DNA of 60,619 nucleotides, the filler included, from Sphacelaria rigidula (taxonomy: Eukaryota), in NCBI GenBank assembly GCA_964200075.2. It is 8 parts of 8 records of this genome, joined end to end, with 100 filler letters (N's around TTAATTAATTAA, not from the genome) between each part and the next. Parts side by side here need not be neighbours in the genome. Positions count along the whole stretch, not along the records: positions 37,953 to 45,442 come from CAXNAA020014692.1; positions 45,543 to 53,031 come from CAXNAA020014693.1; 6 more parts are not named here. One strand, 5' to 3'. Shown piece by piece: positions 37,953-50,500 of the stretch. How positions within the stretch are numbered: position 1 is the stretch's first letter; every line of letters starts with the position of its first letter. Position numbers and translations under genes: made by a program. The notes beneath the pieces are model-generated. The model was not told the DNA's origin and made no database searches. It saw only the letters and a list, made by a program, of their open reading frames with translations.

Positions 37953-38308
37953 AGAAGAAGGCGAGCGTCAACGCTTCGGTATCTTGTATTTTTCTGTTGA
38001 CGAGTTATTATTCACTTGAGAATACAAATGTTAACGTCATTCAGTTGACCGGAATTGCTAACGAACCGATGAGTATTACGTGTCGGAATGTAGTTGGTGT
38101 AGTCGTTACGAAACTGAAATACTGTACGCATGTTGTGATCCAGGCTGTATACATTTACCCAATTGCCATGAGTTTTGTTCACCGTTGGAACATGAGAACA
38201 TCGGCTTCGTCGCGATCTTCAGTCAGTGTACAATTCCATGCATCATTTGACAATGAGGCCAACACAACGCGCATATCCACGGATCCACCCGTCCTCTTGC
38301 TGTATTCA

Positions 38309-38464
38309 CCAGGCACGCAAAGCAAGGGGTAGCAACAGCACCGGCGTCTGGACCGGTCGGCTCCGCAACCGTGGCAGCGGCGGTGGTAGGGGCGGCGGCG
38401 GCGGAGGAGGTGGCGGTGGACCGGACGGGTCCACCGCTGCCGGTAACACCCTCTCTCCCCCGTG
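38309..38464 (-). CDS. Possible GC-rich internal exon (Ala/Thr- or Pro-rich, frame uncertain)
   Basis: CCTCAG acceptor after a pyrimidine-rich tract, and a CTG|GTGAAT donor. All three frames are open, so the product cannot be fixed. Confidence 0.35.
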
Positions 38465-41400
38465 CTGAGGCACGGTGGGGAGGGGGGGTGGGCACCAAAA
38501 CGGAAAAAAAAACTCGGAAAACGTGACGACGATAAAGCACAAAAAAGGTCTGCATCGGGAGACGAGGGTCGACGTCCAGTTGGCACTCGACGTGTGGGTG
38601 AGCTCGGCGGGAGCGGTGAAGCCAGCAACTTGGTCAGGTGAAGCATGAAACGATGAAGTCTTGAAAAATCTCTGATGAGGGTTTTGAAAGGAGCTGGTGA
38701 TGGTGACTCGATTTGGGGTAGACAGGAAATGTTTACCGAATTTGTGTCGTCGAGACGATACAGGGTGATGGCCCGGTATGTGGGGATGCTATCAGCCATA
38801 TGTTGGTCTAAAAACACGGCCCTTCAACCATATAGCGCCAAGAAAAATGAGGGTAACGATGCAACACATATGTTCACCAGAGCTGTCGGGATTGGTTCGA
38901 TCGCGCGAAAGTACCGAGAAGTTATGCCTTGGGCCCGTGTAGTCGCAGGGCCACCGATGGCCTGGCAGTGCGTACATGGTGATCATGGTAGTGATTTTCT
39001 TGTCGGAACTTGGGGTGGCTTCCGGTATCTCCCGATCCCCAAATGCGAGGATCATCCTTCTGACCGTAGTGGCTGGTGAGAACCGGAAAGCCTGCAAAAA
39101 TCGTCTTGTTTGTGACCAAAATGTCAATTCTCAGAATACACCCGACTGTGGATCATTGAAACCATGCACCGTACAGCCGGGCCATGTCGGTATCCCGGCA
39201 TGCGCCCCCAACTGTGCGCTTTGATCACGACCTGGCTTCCGACTGCTGAAGAGGTGTACAGGCCACCACGTCCAGCAGCTTGGCTCTAAGTACAATGCCA
39301 TAAAGGTTGTTTTTTGCAAGCCTCACCTCCTGCCCTGGAACAAATGTTTCTGAGTGCGAGGTTCCGATATCGCGCGGTAAACAATCACATGCCACACGAC
39401 AACACCGTGTTGGCATCCTCACTGTGCCAGTATGCCGCCGGCTCTGGCAGCCTGGCGTCTGGGTTCGGTTGTCGGCATTGGTGATTCCTTCGCACACCAT
39501 GCTCCAGCTCAGCTTCGTGGCGAAGCCCGCGTGAAAGCGACAGCGATTTTGATCCGAGACCTCCTGTTAGCAGTTCCACGGTTGAACGGTCGACACTTGC
39601 GGGTCGTTTTGTGGGCCTGCACATGAAAGGCGCCGGCTCGTCTCTGTGTATCGGTCAATTGTTGAGATGGTGGCAAAACGCAGAGAGGCTCGTTCTGAGA
39701 GTGGATGCAAGTCGTAGCTGGATACTATTGACAAATCGGTTGGTTAGTCAGTTGTTCGAGTTACTCATTTCGGTCGCGGGTGCGACGGATGGGGTGGAAA
39801 TATACCTGGAACGCAAAACGACGTTTGATAAATAGTGTTGTGGCGGGAGACTAATGGTCCAGGGGTTGTGGGTCGTGTTGAGTCTTCAACGAGTGCACTG
39901 TGTTCTCAGAGGGCGCCTGGTAAGCAAACAGACACACCGCCCATATGGCACAATCGTGGGGCTCTTGCAGTGTCACAGAGGCGATTATTGCCAAAAGCTG
40001 CAGCATATCTGTGACACAAGCGGAAGCATGGAACATGTAAAAATATCAGAAGGCTCAGCAACGAACGTCCGCGAATCATCCATCGCTCGATGCATATTTT
40101 GAGCATCATATCAACCGAGTGACACGGCGTATTTTGGTATTGGTTCGTCTATGTATTCATGTGCTGTGTACGGCTGTGAAACTGTCGTCGTCTCGATTAG
40201 TTTTACTGACCCGTGTACATCCGCCCTTGCTCCACTTCAGACCGTGATTGGCAGGCATCATATAGCTGCCTGAAAGATGCCGCGTCTTGTGCGATGGTTG
40301 GGCCATGGCCCCGCGGCGGGGTTGCACCATGAGCGACCTGACGACACTACACTAGATACTCCTTCTCCTCAAGCGGGTCGAGCTGGATGCCTGCCAACGG
40401 TGCAGCAAGCGACTCTGCGTAATTCCTTCACACACGGATGAGCTGTCCTGGACTACCGATCAGACTCGTACTCCTCTTGACTGGGTGAACTTCGACTCTA
40501 CCTCAGTTTGCCGCCCCCGGGGTATGGCCTTGCGCCCACCCCGTCGTCGCCCGCGATGAGAGGGTGAACATGTCGGGCAGTAGGCCCCCTCTCTGCCAAG
40601 TCTTTCATGTGTGCGCTACTTTCATTCTGGTGATCCATCGTCACATTTCATTCACTACCGTTGTGGTGGTTGTGTATTGACAGAAATTTGGCTGACACAC
40701 AAACACGCTCCAAATCGGGTACTTTTTGCGCGTTTCCTCCATGTATGAATAATGAGCGGAAGTGAGGGTTATCCGGCAACTTTTTGATACCTGGGTGCTT
40801 GGGTGACGGTGGTTTTGGGTCGGATTGCGGGGGGCGGTTGAATCGGCCAATCCCGCCGTGACGTGGTGGTTGTGTCTTATCTGGAACTGACTACTTTCCT
40901 CCTTGACAGGGGGTATGTTGGCGCTAGCTTGAGTCACTTCAGCGGGGTACGGGAAGTCGATGACGGGGGAGGTAGGTCGGACTACTGTGGGAGCACGGAA
41001 AGTTGGCGACGGGGGAACGAAGGTCGGGATACCGTGAGAGTACGGAATACGGTGAAGGCACGGTGGGAGGAGGGTCGAAGTGGGGGGGGAGGAAGATCGA
41101 AGTAAGGTCTCAGTAGCACGGGAAGAGGGTGGGGGGAAGTCGATATGAATACAGGACAAGAGGACCGGGACACGGGGAGGGGACGATCGGAGTATTGGGG
41201 GAAGCAGGATAGGGGGCATGTGGGGAGGAAGGTCGGAGAATGGGGGAGGAAGGTTGGAGAATGGGGTGAGGTGGTTCGGGGCGCGCTCCTCACCGAAGTC
41301 AGTTGATGCAGAGTGTTTTCGAGTGGTGAGAGACCGCAGTCAATCGCTTTGGACGAGCACATTTCAATACCGAGAAAAACGCGCAGAGAGGTACCATGAT

Positions 41401-44400
41401 TGAGTGTTGCATTGAACCGCAGTCCTACGCAACCACCATGACGTCCGTGCACAACATATAAAGATGGATACCAGAGACGAAAAATGACGTGTGCAGTGCA
41501 TTTAAAAGACTTGGATAAGAGGGGTTCACTGTCCGACATGGCCATATCTCAATATTGAGGAGATCTGGTCCGACCCTAGGCAAGCTGTGGTAGGAGTGGG
41601 TCAACCCGTGAGACGAAACGCGATGGTAGTCTTGGTATCCAGGTACAGCAGCTGTCTCGCGGTCTACGTTCAGGCGCATGCACTCGCTAGCGTCTGCTAA
41701 TGCAGCGTTTCGACAGCAGCGTTGGGCAGATCAACATGCGCCCACGCGACTTCGGGCGAGTGTCTGTGACTGGGTGCAATGCGTGGACAGTACAGGACGG
41801 TGAGTATCATCACGAAAGCGAGGAACCGCGTTGTGTGCACGAGTGTTTTTTTTCCGGAAAGGGTAGTCATTGTCACGAGATTTGAATTTGCGAATCTGCT
41901 TTCACATGCGTATTTGTTTTGGGAAGGTGGGCGTGGGGTATTTGCCCACGAAAGTGTGCTGCTGGGTACTGGTCGGATTGCTCTGTTTGTACCCGCGCGG
42001 ACGCTTTCATGTCCCGTTTGCTACTGCTGTCGTACTGTAAGACATCATGAAAAGTCTCCGAGATCATCCATGTTGAAATTCGCTCCCGCCGGTTGGACCG
42101 TCCGTGCTTACATGTGAAGGTTTACCTGGCAGCTTGACCTCATGGGAGAGGACTCTCTGTGCTTGCAGGCCTGATATTTTCAGTCAGGTGCTACGTCACG
42201 CCCACGCGAGATGGGAGAGATTGGACGGTTATGCGATGCATCCACAAAATGATACGGTGAGTTTATATAGATATGAGCGTTGTGTCTCCTACCGTGATTG
42301 CTCATCTAGTTTCAGAATACTATCAAAGCTTTGCGAATGTTTGCTATTATGTACTCGTTGGTGTACGCGATCGCTATGTGCTCGTGGACTACACTCTCGT
42401 CTCGTAGAAGCGTTCGCGGTATGTCTTGCTGCAGGGCCGCACGGGAGTTGTTTTCTTGTAGTTGCTATCGTGGGCACCCTCGCCCGTTCACGCCGTTGCT
42501 GAAGCGAAAGAAATTTACCATGCTCACTTACCGCTTCTGTACAATGCTCTGCCTCATTCGTTGCTACTGGGTGCTCTCAAGCTTTGCCCTTGGGATTTGA
42601 TAGCCTTGGGATCTGATAGCTGAAGGCTGTAAAGTGTCGGTGCTGGAAGACCATGTATATCACCTGGTATGACGTCGTAGCGCATGATCCATTTTTTTGC
42701 CGTGATTCAGGGCCAACAGTCACCGGGGATATGTTGCTTTTCACCAGTAAAAATGCATTCTCGCTAGTTGCCCGTGAGCGACGTACGTGACATGAACTTG
42801 TCACATGTTATCGCCAGCGGCACACACACAATAGTTTCCCCACTCGCTGCCGTGCCCATCTTATCCCACCCCGTGCCATGAAAAAATGTTCCAAACGAAC
42901 CGATCGTGACTCTCCCGTTCCACCCCACATTTGTGTTCTTTCATTTGGCAGTCGATCAAGATCTAGTGGACCTGTTGGCAGATGAAGATCGGACCTCTCG
43001 GTGCTAATACGCCGGTATTATTGACAGGCTTTGCGTCGTACACGGTATTCCGAGTTTTTCCGTTTTGGTGTTGGTAATGACGATGATAAGAATAATGACG
43101 ATAAGAATAAAGACGATGATGATGATGGTTAAGATTATGGTGTGTAATGGAATGGCTTGGAAACTAATGCTCTTAAACAAGGATTCTTTGATACGCTGAT
43201 TATGGTATTTCCATGTTTGATATGATTCTTGCTCGTGACTTTTAAGCATGCATTGTGCATACATTTTGGGTGAGTAAGGATGGGGTTTTGGGCGGTCTGG
43301 GGGTAGGTACAATTGGACATGCGAATTGTGGTGGGTGACGAACGAAACACTGAAGGTTCTCACAAGAAGTGGGATGGAGGAGGGGTATACTTCGCTGATG
43401 GTTGGCTGCTGGATTGATTTCCTTGATGGTCTCTTGGCATGACCCGGCGGCAGTTTTCGTAAGGTAGTAGTGCGATGAGCGTCTGATTCGTTGCAGCGGG
43501 ACTGGACTGGTGGCGTGTTTTGTGTGCGGCATTGATGGTCGGGTGTCACTGCACTCGGTCGATGTCAGTATATGAACGCCCTCCGGTGCTGGTCGCACTC
43601 GACCGGTAACGGCTATGCTTCAGCAGAAGTTGCTCCTCGTCGTCGTGTCTCTTTGTTTGACTCATTGTAGTTTAGTCTATCCAGTTATGCTAGGGGTGGT
43701 TTGTGCAACGTGAGCTTGGAGCTGTTTTCCCAAGTTTTACCTTCGCGGGCGAATGACTATTCGTTTTCAAGTCGTGGTGTGAGGGACGCAGTACTTGGCC
43801 CATGCCAACAGGTTGCTGTGGCTGGCGAGCTTTTTTTTGGTTGCCGAAGTTTCACTGGTTTTTGCAGACACAGTGAACGAGATAGTGCTGCGTGTATCAA
43901 ACGCATTCATGGTTGGATATGAGTAAATTACTCTTTTTTTTTTTGCATGAAAGTATTTTAGTGAGTTTGAGGAGGCAAAGGGGTGGGGCGTGCCCACGAA
44001 CGATACAGATGACCACGTCGTACCCCCGCTCGCGTGTAATCTCGTCGCGTAACTTCAGACGCGGAGAGACGTTTTGCTTTTGGGCACGAAACACCCATGC
44101 CTCGAGCTGAAGAGTTTAGGAGAGTAGATGGCGTTCACCGCGTTGAGGAGAACGACAGTTCGTACGAACCGATGTCTCATCTCTGGCACTAATGTACGAG
44201 CTGACCAGCAGTAGATCCCACATTCGCTTCCCACACAACTTCTCAAGTTTCCCAAATCAGCGCGACTTGGAGAATATCGCTGTAAACTGCAGACCAACGT
44301 TGCAACACACGGCACCGCCGCTGAATGAAGGGAAAAAAATGTACTGCATATTCCAATTTTCAAATTGGTTGTTGTCTCGGGCTATTCCAGATTCGGCTTT

Positions 44401-45442
44401 AGATTTCTGTGACAGGAAAGACTCGTTTTTTGCGGAATACTGTCTTAAAGAGGGAGTTAGCTAATGCAGTGGCTGGGGTCTATCAGTATGAGTGCCAGGA
44501 GATACCATGGTGTCAGCCTCACCAAGCTCCCACGTGGGCAAACTCACACAGACCTAGCTATCCTTCCTTGACCTATCACCATGTAGATTCGTTCATGTTC
44601 AGACTCCTGAGAAGGAACTCACGTGTTTGCTTGGCATCATGTCTTATCTACAAGCAGCTCTCTTACTCAGTACAGCCGCAGGGCAGCCATAGAAGCAGAG
44701 CGTAGTGATGGCCCAGGGTAGACCACGGCAAAGGCAGCAACTGATCAGATGGGGCGCCGCAATCCAGATGGGGCGCCGCAATCCTAACTTATGACAGTAG
44801 CAAACGCGATAACAACGCGTCACGGAATCCAGGGTCTACGAGCAGACCCGCACAGAATATATCTTGCAACGCCTCTGAGCTTCATCGCAATACTTGAAAA
44901 AAACGAGCAGAAGTTTTTGAAAAACTGCTAAAAAAATGACCCCATTTTCTTGAGTACAGGGTGGTACACTCACCACCAGAAAAGTCAGCAGTGGTATATG
45001 GAGTACAGAGTACTACTCTCAACACCAGACAAGGCAGTTCTGCAGTGTTTTCTATTTTCAGATCCCGAACACGGACCTTCAGTGTGTTTGACCCCGGCTG
45101 GTGCGCCCACATATACCAAAAGGTCTAGACCGGCGTCCAGAATAGCTGGGACGACAACACACACGCACAGTGTACGAACAAATACCGCACAGCAGACAGC
45201 AGACAACTTGTAGTCTGTCGATGTGGGGGGGGGGGTGTTGCTTTATTGCAGCGGAAGATTCGAGGCGAGAATACCACATCAAACCCATGAACAAACGGAA
45301 GAGGCGGATGCCCCCAACAGCAGCGGCCCAAAGTGGAGACGACTGACGAGTACCGGAAACGGAGCGCACACTACTGACGGCCCAGAGCGGAAGAGGGAGG
45401 AAGAGATCGTTGATCGGGGGTGGGGATGGGGTTATGTGCAGA

Positions 45443-45542
45443 NNNNNNNNNNNNNNNNNNNNNNNNNNNNNNNNNNNNNNNNNNNNTTAATTAATTAANN
45501 NNNNNNNNNNNNNNNNNNNNNNNNNNNNNNNNNNNNNNNNNN
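45443..45542. other. Artificial contig spacer
   Basis: 44 N + TTAATTAATTAA + 44 N. Confidence 0.99.
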
Positions 45543-45730
45543 AAATCGAAGTGGGAAGAACCGAGCACAACGAGAAGCTGGGAATTCCCAGGCTTGGGTT
45601 CGTTCTAGCTAATGTCGCCAATATGAGGCGCTTTGTGCAACCTGAACCCGAACATCAGGCGATGAATGGTCATTTGTTTCGTCACACTTTTAGCTGGTTT
45701 TGGGGGGGGGCTATCGTAGAAAGTGTCCGG
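45543..45730 (+). mobile_element. MITE family A, right part (truncated by contig start)
   Basis: Core followed by G-run + CTATCGTAGAAAGTGTCCGG. Confidence 0.8.
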
Positions 45731-45851
45731 GGTGGGTCACGAGTGCAATGGAGCAATGCTACGGTAGGGGTGCACTACTCGCGCAGAATACAGTCTGGTT
45801 CAGAGGCTGCTCGCGATTCTAGATGCACAAGAATATGGTCAGAGCATCCAA

Positions 45852-46288
45852 CAGCCGATCATCGATATTGAATATGGAGCCCTTCATTGAGGATGAGAAC
45901 CCCTAGGGTTAAAATTTTCGTATACACACCAAATCTTCGAATTATGGTTCCGTTCCTTCACCTCCTGGTATCTTTTGACAGGTACTGCACGTCATACAAA
46001 TTTGGGTTTTGATAGCCAAAATGTTGGGGTCCTAGGTGAAAAACCAATCTCAGGGAATTTCGGCGATCCGCTCGGATCACGTAAATTCTCCAAAACTGTT
46101 TCTTCATCTAGTACCCCAACATTTCAGTCATCGGAACCCAGATATGTAGGGCGTTTCGTAGTTGTCAGCAGCTACCAGTAGGTGAAGGAATGGAACCATA
46201 TTTCGAAGATTTTGTGTGGATACGAAGCTTTAAATCCTCCGGGTCATCCTCAATCATGAGCTTCATCCTAGATTTCGATGATCGGCTA
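45852..46288. mobile_element. Foldback MITE family B, second copy (437 bp)
   Basis: CAGCCGATCATCGA...TCGATGATCGGCT, centred on GATCCGCTCGGATC (~46065-46078); colinear with 9566-10001. Confidence 0.9.
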
Positions 46289-46451
46289 CTATCTCCGTTC
46301 AAAAACTTATTCGGGACCCCCCTAGCCCATTAAAATAGTAATCCCGGCGTACTCTCACACATATTTTATAAGTCGTGTTTTGAATGCGATAGAGGGCTCC
46401 TAGCGTTTCCAACCTCGGGAAACATTTGTGCACCCCTGCCGTAGCATCCCT

Positions 46452-48852
46452 CAATGGCAGGTGGTTAATCATAGAACACACTTATTTCTAACCATTTCTC
46501 GCCTCAGTTTAGGATGCCTCTCCTCACATGACAACTGTTTGCGGCAGACACCGACACACACGCACACACCCTGCTGAGCACGCGACCGTTTGTACGCAGA
46601 AACGCTCCCATTACGGGATGCCATGGGTCACGCCAGCAATAGTTGAGTCACCGCCAGAGGTATCGTTTTTCACTCCGCATGCCAAGAAGTTCTACACGAG
46701 TGTTTGACCTCTCTTACATCCCCCCTGCTGGGATGCGGCAGACTCTTGTCCTCGTTTTGCAGGCGTCGGGTGGAATCAACGATTACAATAATACCTCTCA
46801 GCTTGCGATCATTAGATCTTGGCGAAACGGCGCAACCGTTCTTGCTCGCAGTTGTGTGTGTGAGAAGAGTAGCGGTGAAGGGGACATCGCCTTGCTTTTC
46901 GACGACGTGTTCTACTGCGCACAGGAGCACGTCTGGTCCAAGCACAGAGACGAAGAGGAACCGATCGTAGAATTGGCCAGCGCCATAGACAGGAGAGGAC
47001 AACCGTGGGCATACCTATGTTGTTTCCGGGGCTGTGCTAAACTAAGTCGCCTGTCGACACATGGCAACATTGATATTTGATGGTGACATGATGTCAATCT
47101 CTCGAGTGATTGGGAATCGCCGAACGAGGATACACAAAGGACACCGGCGAGGAGCTTCCTCTCCGCCGTTGCTCCTCTGCTGATGTCATCGACACGCGTG
47201 TATTGTACACCGCATTCGTTGGGTGAACTCAAATCTCCTACTTAACTTCTGCACATTTGTTTTCTTGGAGGGGGGATGTTTTCCCTTGGTGTAACTGATT
47301 CGCACCATTCCTGAAAATAACCTATGCTATCTGAACCTCATTGTTGTGTTTTACACCATTTTCGAGAACCATATGTTCATTCTATACATATCTAAGTTCG
47401 TGCGGGCGGCTCTCCGCTGGCATCCGGAACGATCACCGTTGATCCCGTTCTACCTGAGAGACCTTCTACGGTAGAGGTGCAAATGTTTCTGCTGAGGCTC
47501 TGCACTATCTGAGCCTCTCGATGGCAAACATCTATCTGGGCCTTAGTGTGCAGCCTCAGAAAAAATCTGGACTAAAAAGTTCACCCGTACCGTAGAATCA
47601 CTTCTGATCGTCAAAATTCTCGGCTGCCATTACGCTTAATCGCAAACAAACAATCGGTCGTTGGAATGAATAAACATATTAGCAGTACCAGTAATGCTCC
47701 GGTTTGGCTAAATGTGCCATGGTCTAGATAAACCCTCTGAAACTCAGGGGGAAATACCCACTATTCCTGACATCGAATTATCCTACTTGGACCCTTCGAC
47801 AGCGACCCCCTCAACGCAGGCGGATGAACTACAGGCTGGTTGAGAGTGAAGGCCGACATGTTTTCCCCCACTATGATGAACACGGGACGCAAAACTGGCC
47901 CGATATAAACATATAACAGCCGATCCGAATTTTTGGAGTTGAATACTAAATGGTGTTCAACTCGCTTCGAAAAATCGAGAATTCACGCCAAAGAGTATCA
48001 CCATGGGAAAGCAGTTTCGCGAGCAGAGTTCCTGTTGCAGTTAGGTACGTCGGTGTGGTGAGGTGCACCAAATGAATGCCGTTCACACGCGTGTCGATGA
48101 CGATATCTTCAGAGGAGCAACGGCGGATACAGGAAGCTCCGCACCGTTGTCCTTTGTATGTCCTCGATCGACGATTCCCAATCGCTGCAGAGGTTGGCAT
48201 CATGTTATAGTAACAGCACATACCCAGGTTGACATGTGTGGACTGGCGGGATATTGTAGCACAGCCGCGGTGACAAGATCGTGGGATGCCCTCGTGGTCG
48301 TCTTCTGTCTGTGGCGTTCACCAATGCAAATATCGATTTCTCTCTGCCTCTCTGCTTGGACAAGACGTGCTCCTGTGCATAGTAGGACACGTTGTCGAAG
48401 ATCAGGGTCATGTTCCTGTCATCGCTGCTGTTCTCCCACACACACATGCAAGCGTGGACGGCTGCGCGCTTGCGCCAATATCTAATGATCGAAATCTGGG
48501 GGGTATTATTACACTTGTTGATTCCACCCGACGTCTGCAAAACAAGGACAACAGACAGTCTGCCACATCCCAGTTGGGGGGGTGGATGAATGTGAGATCA
48601 AACACTCTTGTAGACCTTTTTCGTATGTGGAGTGAAAAAAAATACCTCGTGCGGTGACTCAACTCTTACTGGCGTGACCGAAATGGGGGCTGAGATCCTG
48701 TAATTGAGCTTCTATGCTGTCAACTGGTCACGTACATGGTGTGTGTCGGGGGGTGTCTGGCGCAAAGAATTGTTATGTGAGGAGAGCCATCGTAAGCTGA
48801 GGCGAGACATGGGTAGGAACAGGGGTGTCCTATGATTAACCGCCTGCCACTG
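46452..48852. mobile_element. 2.4-kb long-TIR (foldback) DNA element with ~780-bp arms
   Basis: 46452-47230 is the diverged reverse complement of 48060-48852 (CAATGGCAGGTGGTTAATCATAG vs CTATGATTAACCGCCTGCCACTG; mirrored ORFs MSHRQRYRFSL and MSHRTRYFFSL). Flanks CATCCCT and CATTCCT resemble a TSD. Confidence 0.85.
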
Positions 48853-48925
48853 CATTCCTGATCCCCGCCGTTAAGTGTTGACCAGGAAGGTCTTGCCTGA
48901 GAACAGCGTTCAAGCAACGGCGGTA

Positions 48926-49300
48926 TTAGGCAGTCGGTTCAGCCCGAAATATTACTACAAGTTCGTTGCTGCATGTACTGACTACCTGTAGCAATTCGAT
49001 TGTACAAGCCTTGTGAGAGAGAAGGATAATCATGTTAGAATATTGATCGGTTGAATTAAAACGGCTCTCGCAAGCTACCATAATGCGCATTCCCCCCGCT
49101 CCGGCCAGGTATAAAAAAAGAATGCTACAGTTGTTGCAAGCTCTAAGAAACATTGCCGGGTCCCGAGATGGTTTTCGTCGAATAAAACTCACCTTCTTCA
49201 AATCATGAAGCGTTTTCTAGGAGAATAATTCAATTGCGCACATGAACGGATCCACTGCAGTTCGGTTCTATAATGATCGCTCTGTGCAAACTCCATAAAC
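48926..49300 (-). pseudogene. Possible hAT-like transposase fragment
   Basis: CSGSVHVRN...KKVSFIRRKPSR...F...C...VACESRFNST resembles CxxHxxNL...VxFIR...TRWNST. Contains stops. Confidence 0.3.
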
Positions 49301-50500
49301 GTTTGGCGAAACTAGTCGAATGTATCCTGGAACGGCTGACCGAACCCAACTCTAGCACTTTCCCCCAGCTTGCGAGCAAGGTTTTGATATTATGGGATGA
49401 GATTCTAATATAATTTCTCTTCTCCCTTACAAGTGTAATGGAGTTGTACCGGATGCACGACAAGCGCAGGCTCACAAGGCAAGGCAAAGGGGCCAAACAA
49501 TAGGCTGACAATCTAACCGTAGGCAAAAGCACCTTGCGGCTATATCACAAGGCTGGGCACCACCCTCGTGTCTTATGTGTACAAAGGTATCAAAATGTTC
49601 ACGCGTAGGTGTGATAACATCTCTTCTTGATTACTTGAACTTAGATCTGCTTAGTACTCAATCCCTCACGTTCAATCGATCAGTCTAACCGTGATGTTAG
49701 ACTTCGCTCGGGGATGTGGAGAAGTGACCTGCCAAGGGCAGTCTTGCCGGTTATCATCCTCCGCTTTCTACGAGTTCATACTCGTATCTAACCAACTTTG
49801 AACAGACCTGCAGTCTTATAATAACCTGAAATGCAATATGTAGCCGGATCCATCGACGTGTCTGAGGCGGCGTGACAACAGGCATATATGCTCCTCATGA
49901 CACTAACCCACCCTGACGAACCTTTTCTACAGCTGCGAGGATGTATCCTAAAGAACAGTGAAAACTATAATTCATTAATAGCTAATGCTAATTAGGCACA
50001 CCTAAAGAAACACTCCCGTACCCACTCCCACACCTCAGAATACGGGAAGCATCAGCTGCTTCAAGGGGCAAAAAAACTGCTTCAAAACGCGGGAGCACAA
50101 ACTGCTGATGCGTGTGAGAGACCAACGAAGAAGCATAGATTGCTTCGGCGTCCTAACAACACGAAGGGGAGAACCAGGAAGGTACAACAAGAAGCAGAGC
50201 TTGTACCTAGCGGATTTCAAAGAGAAACGGCGAAATCAGTATGCGACCAACGCATGTTGATCGGAAGCAAAGAGAGCAACATCTAAGAATTGGTGATCCA
50301 ACGAGATCCAGCACCAGTGAAAAAAGAGGTGATACTAGAGCTTCAGTAGTCGTAGATGGTGAGTGACTCCTGATAGTCTCCGATCGTGTCCCGGTGTAGG
50401 TGGTCCTGTTGTTGGATGGCGTAGAGCCGGATCCTAGCGAAAAGGGGGGGGAGGCAAAAATACCAAAGAAGGGAAGAAGAGTGGCAATGGAGGGCGTGGC

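Noticed and set aside
40641-41545. Pro/Ser-rich minus-strand ORFs
   Set aside because: They arise from a purine-rich low-complexity tract and have no domain signature.
44746-44783. Perfect 19-bp tandem duplication CAGATGGGGCGCCGCAATC
   Set aside because: Two adjacent copies without a spacer; a simple local duplication, not CRISPR.
46643-48662. Similar ORFs on opposite strands suggesting a duplicated gene pair
   Set aside because: They are the two arms of the foldback element and the reading frames are not conserved along their length.
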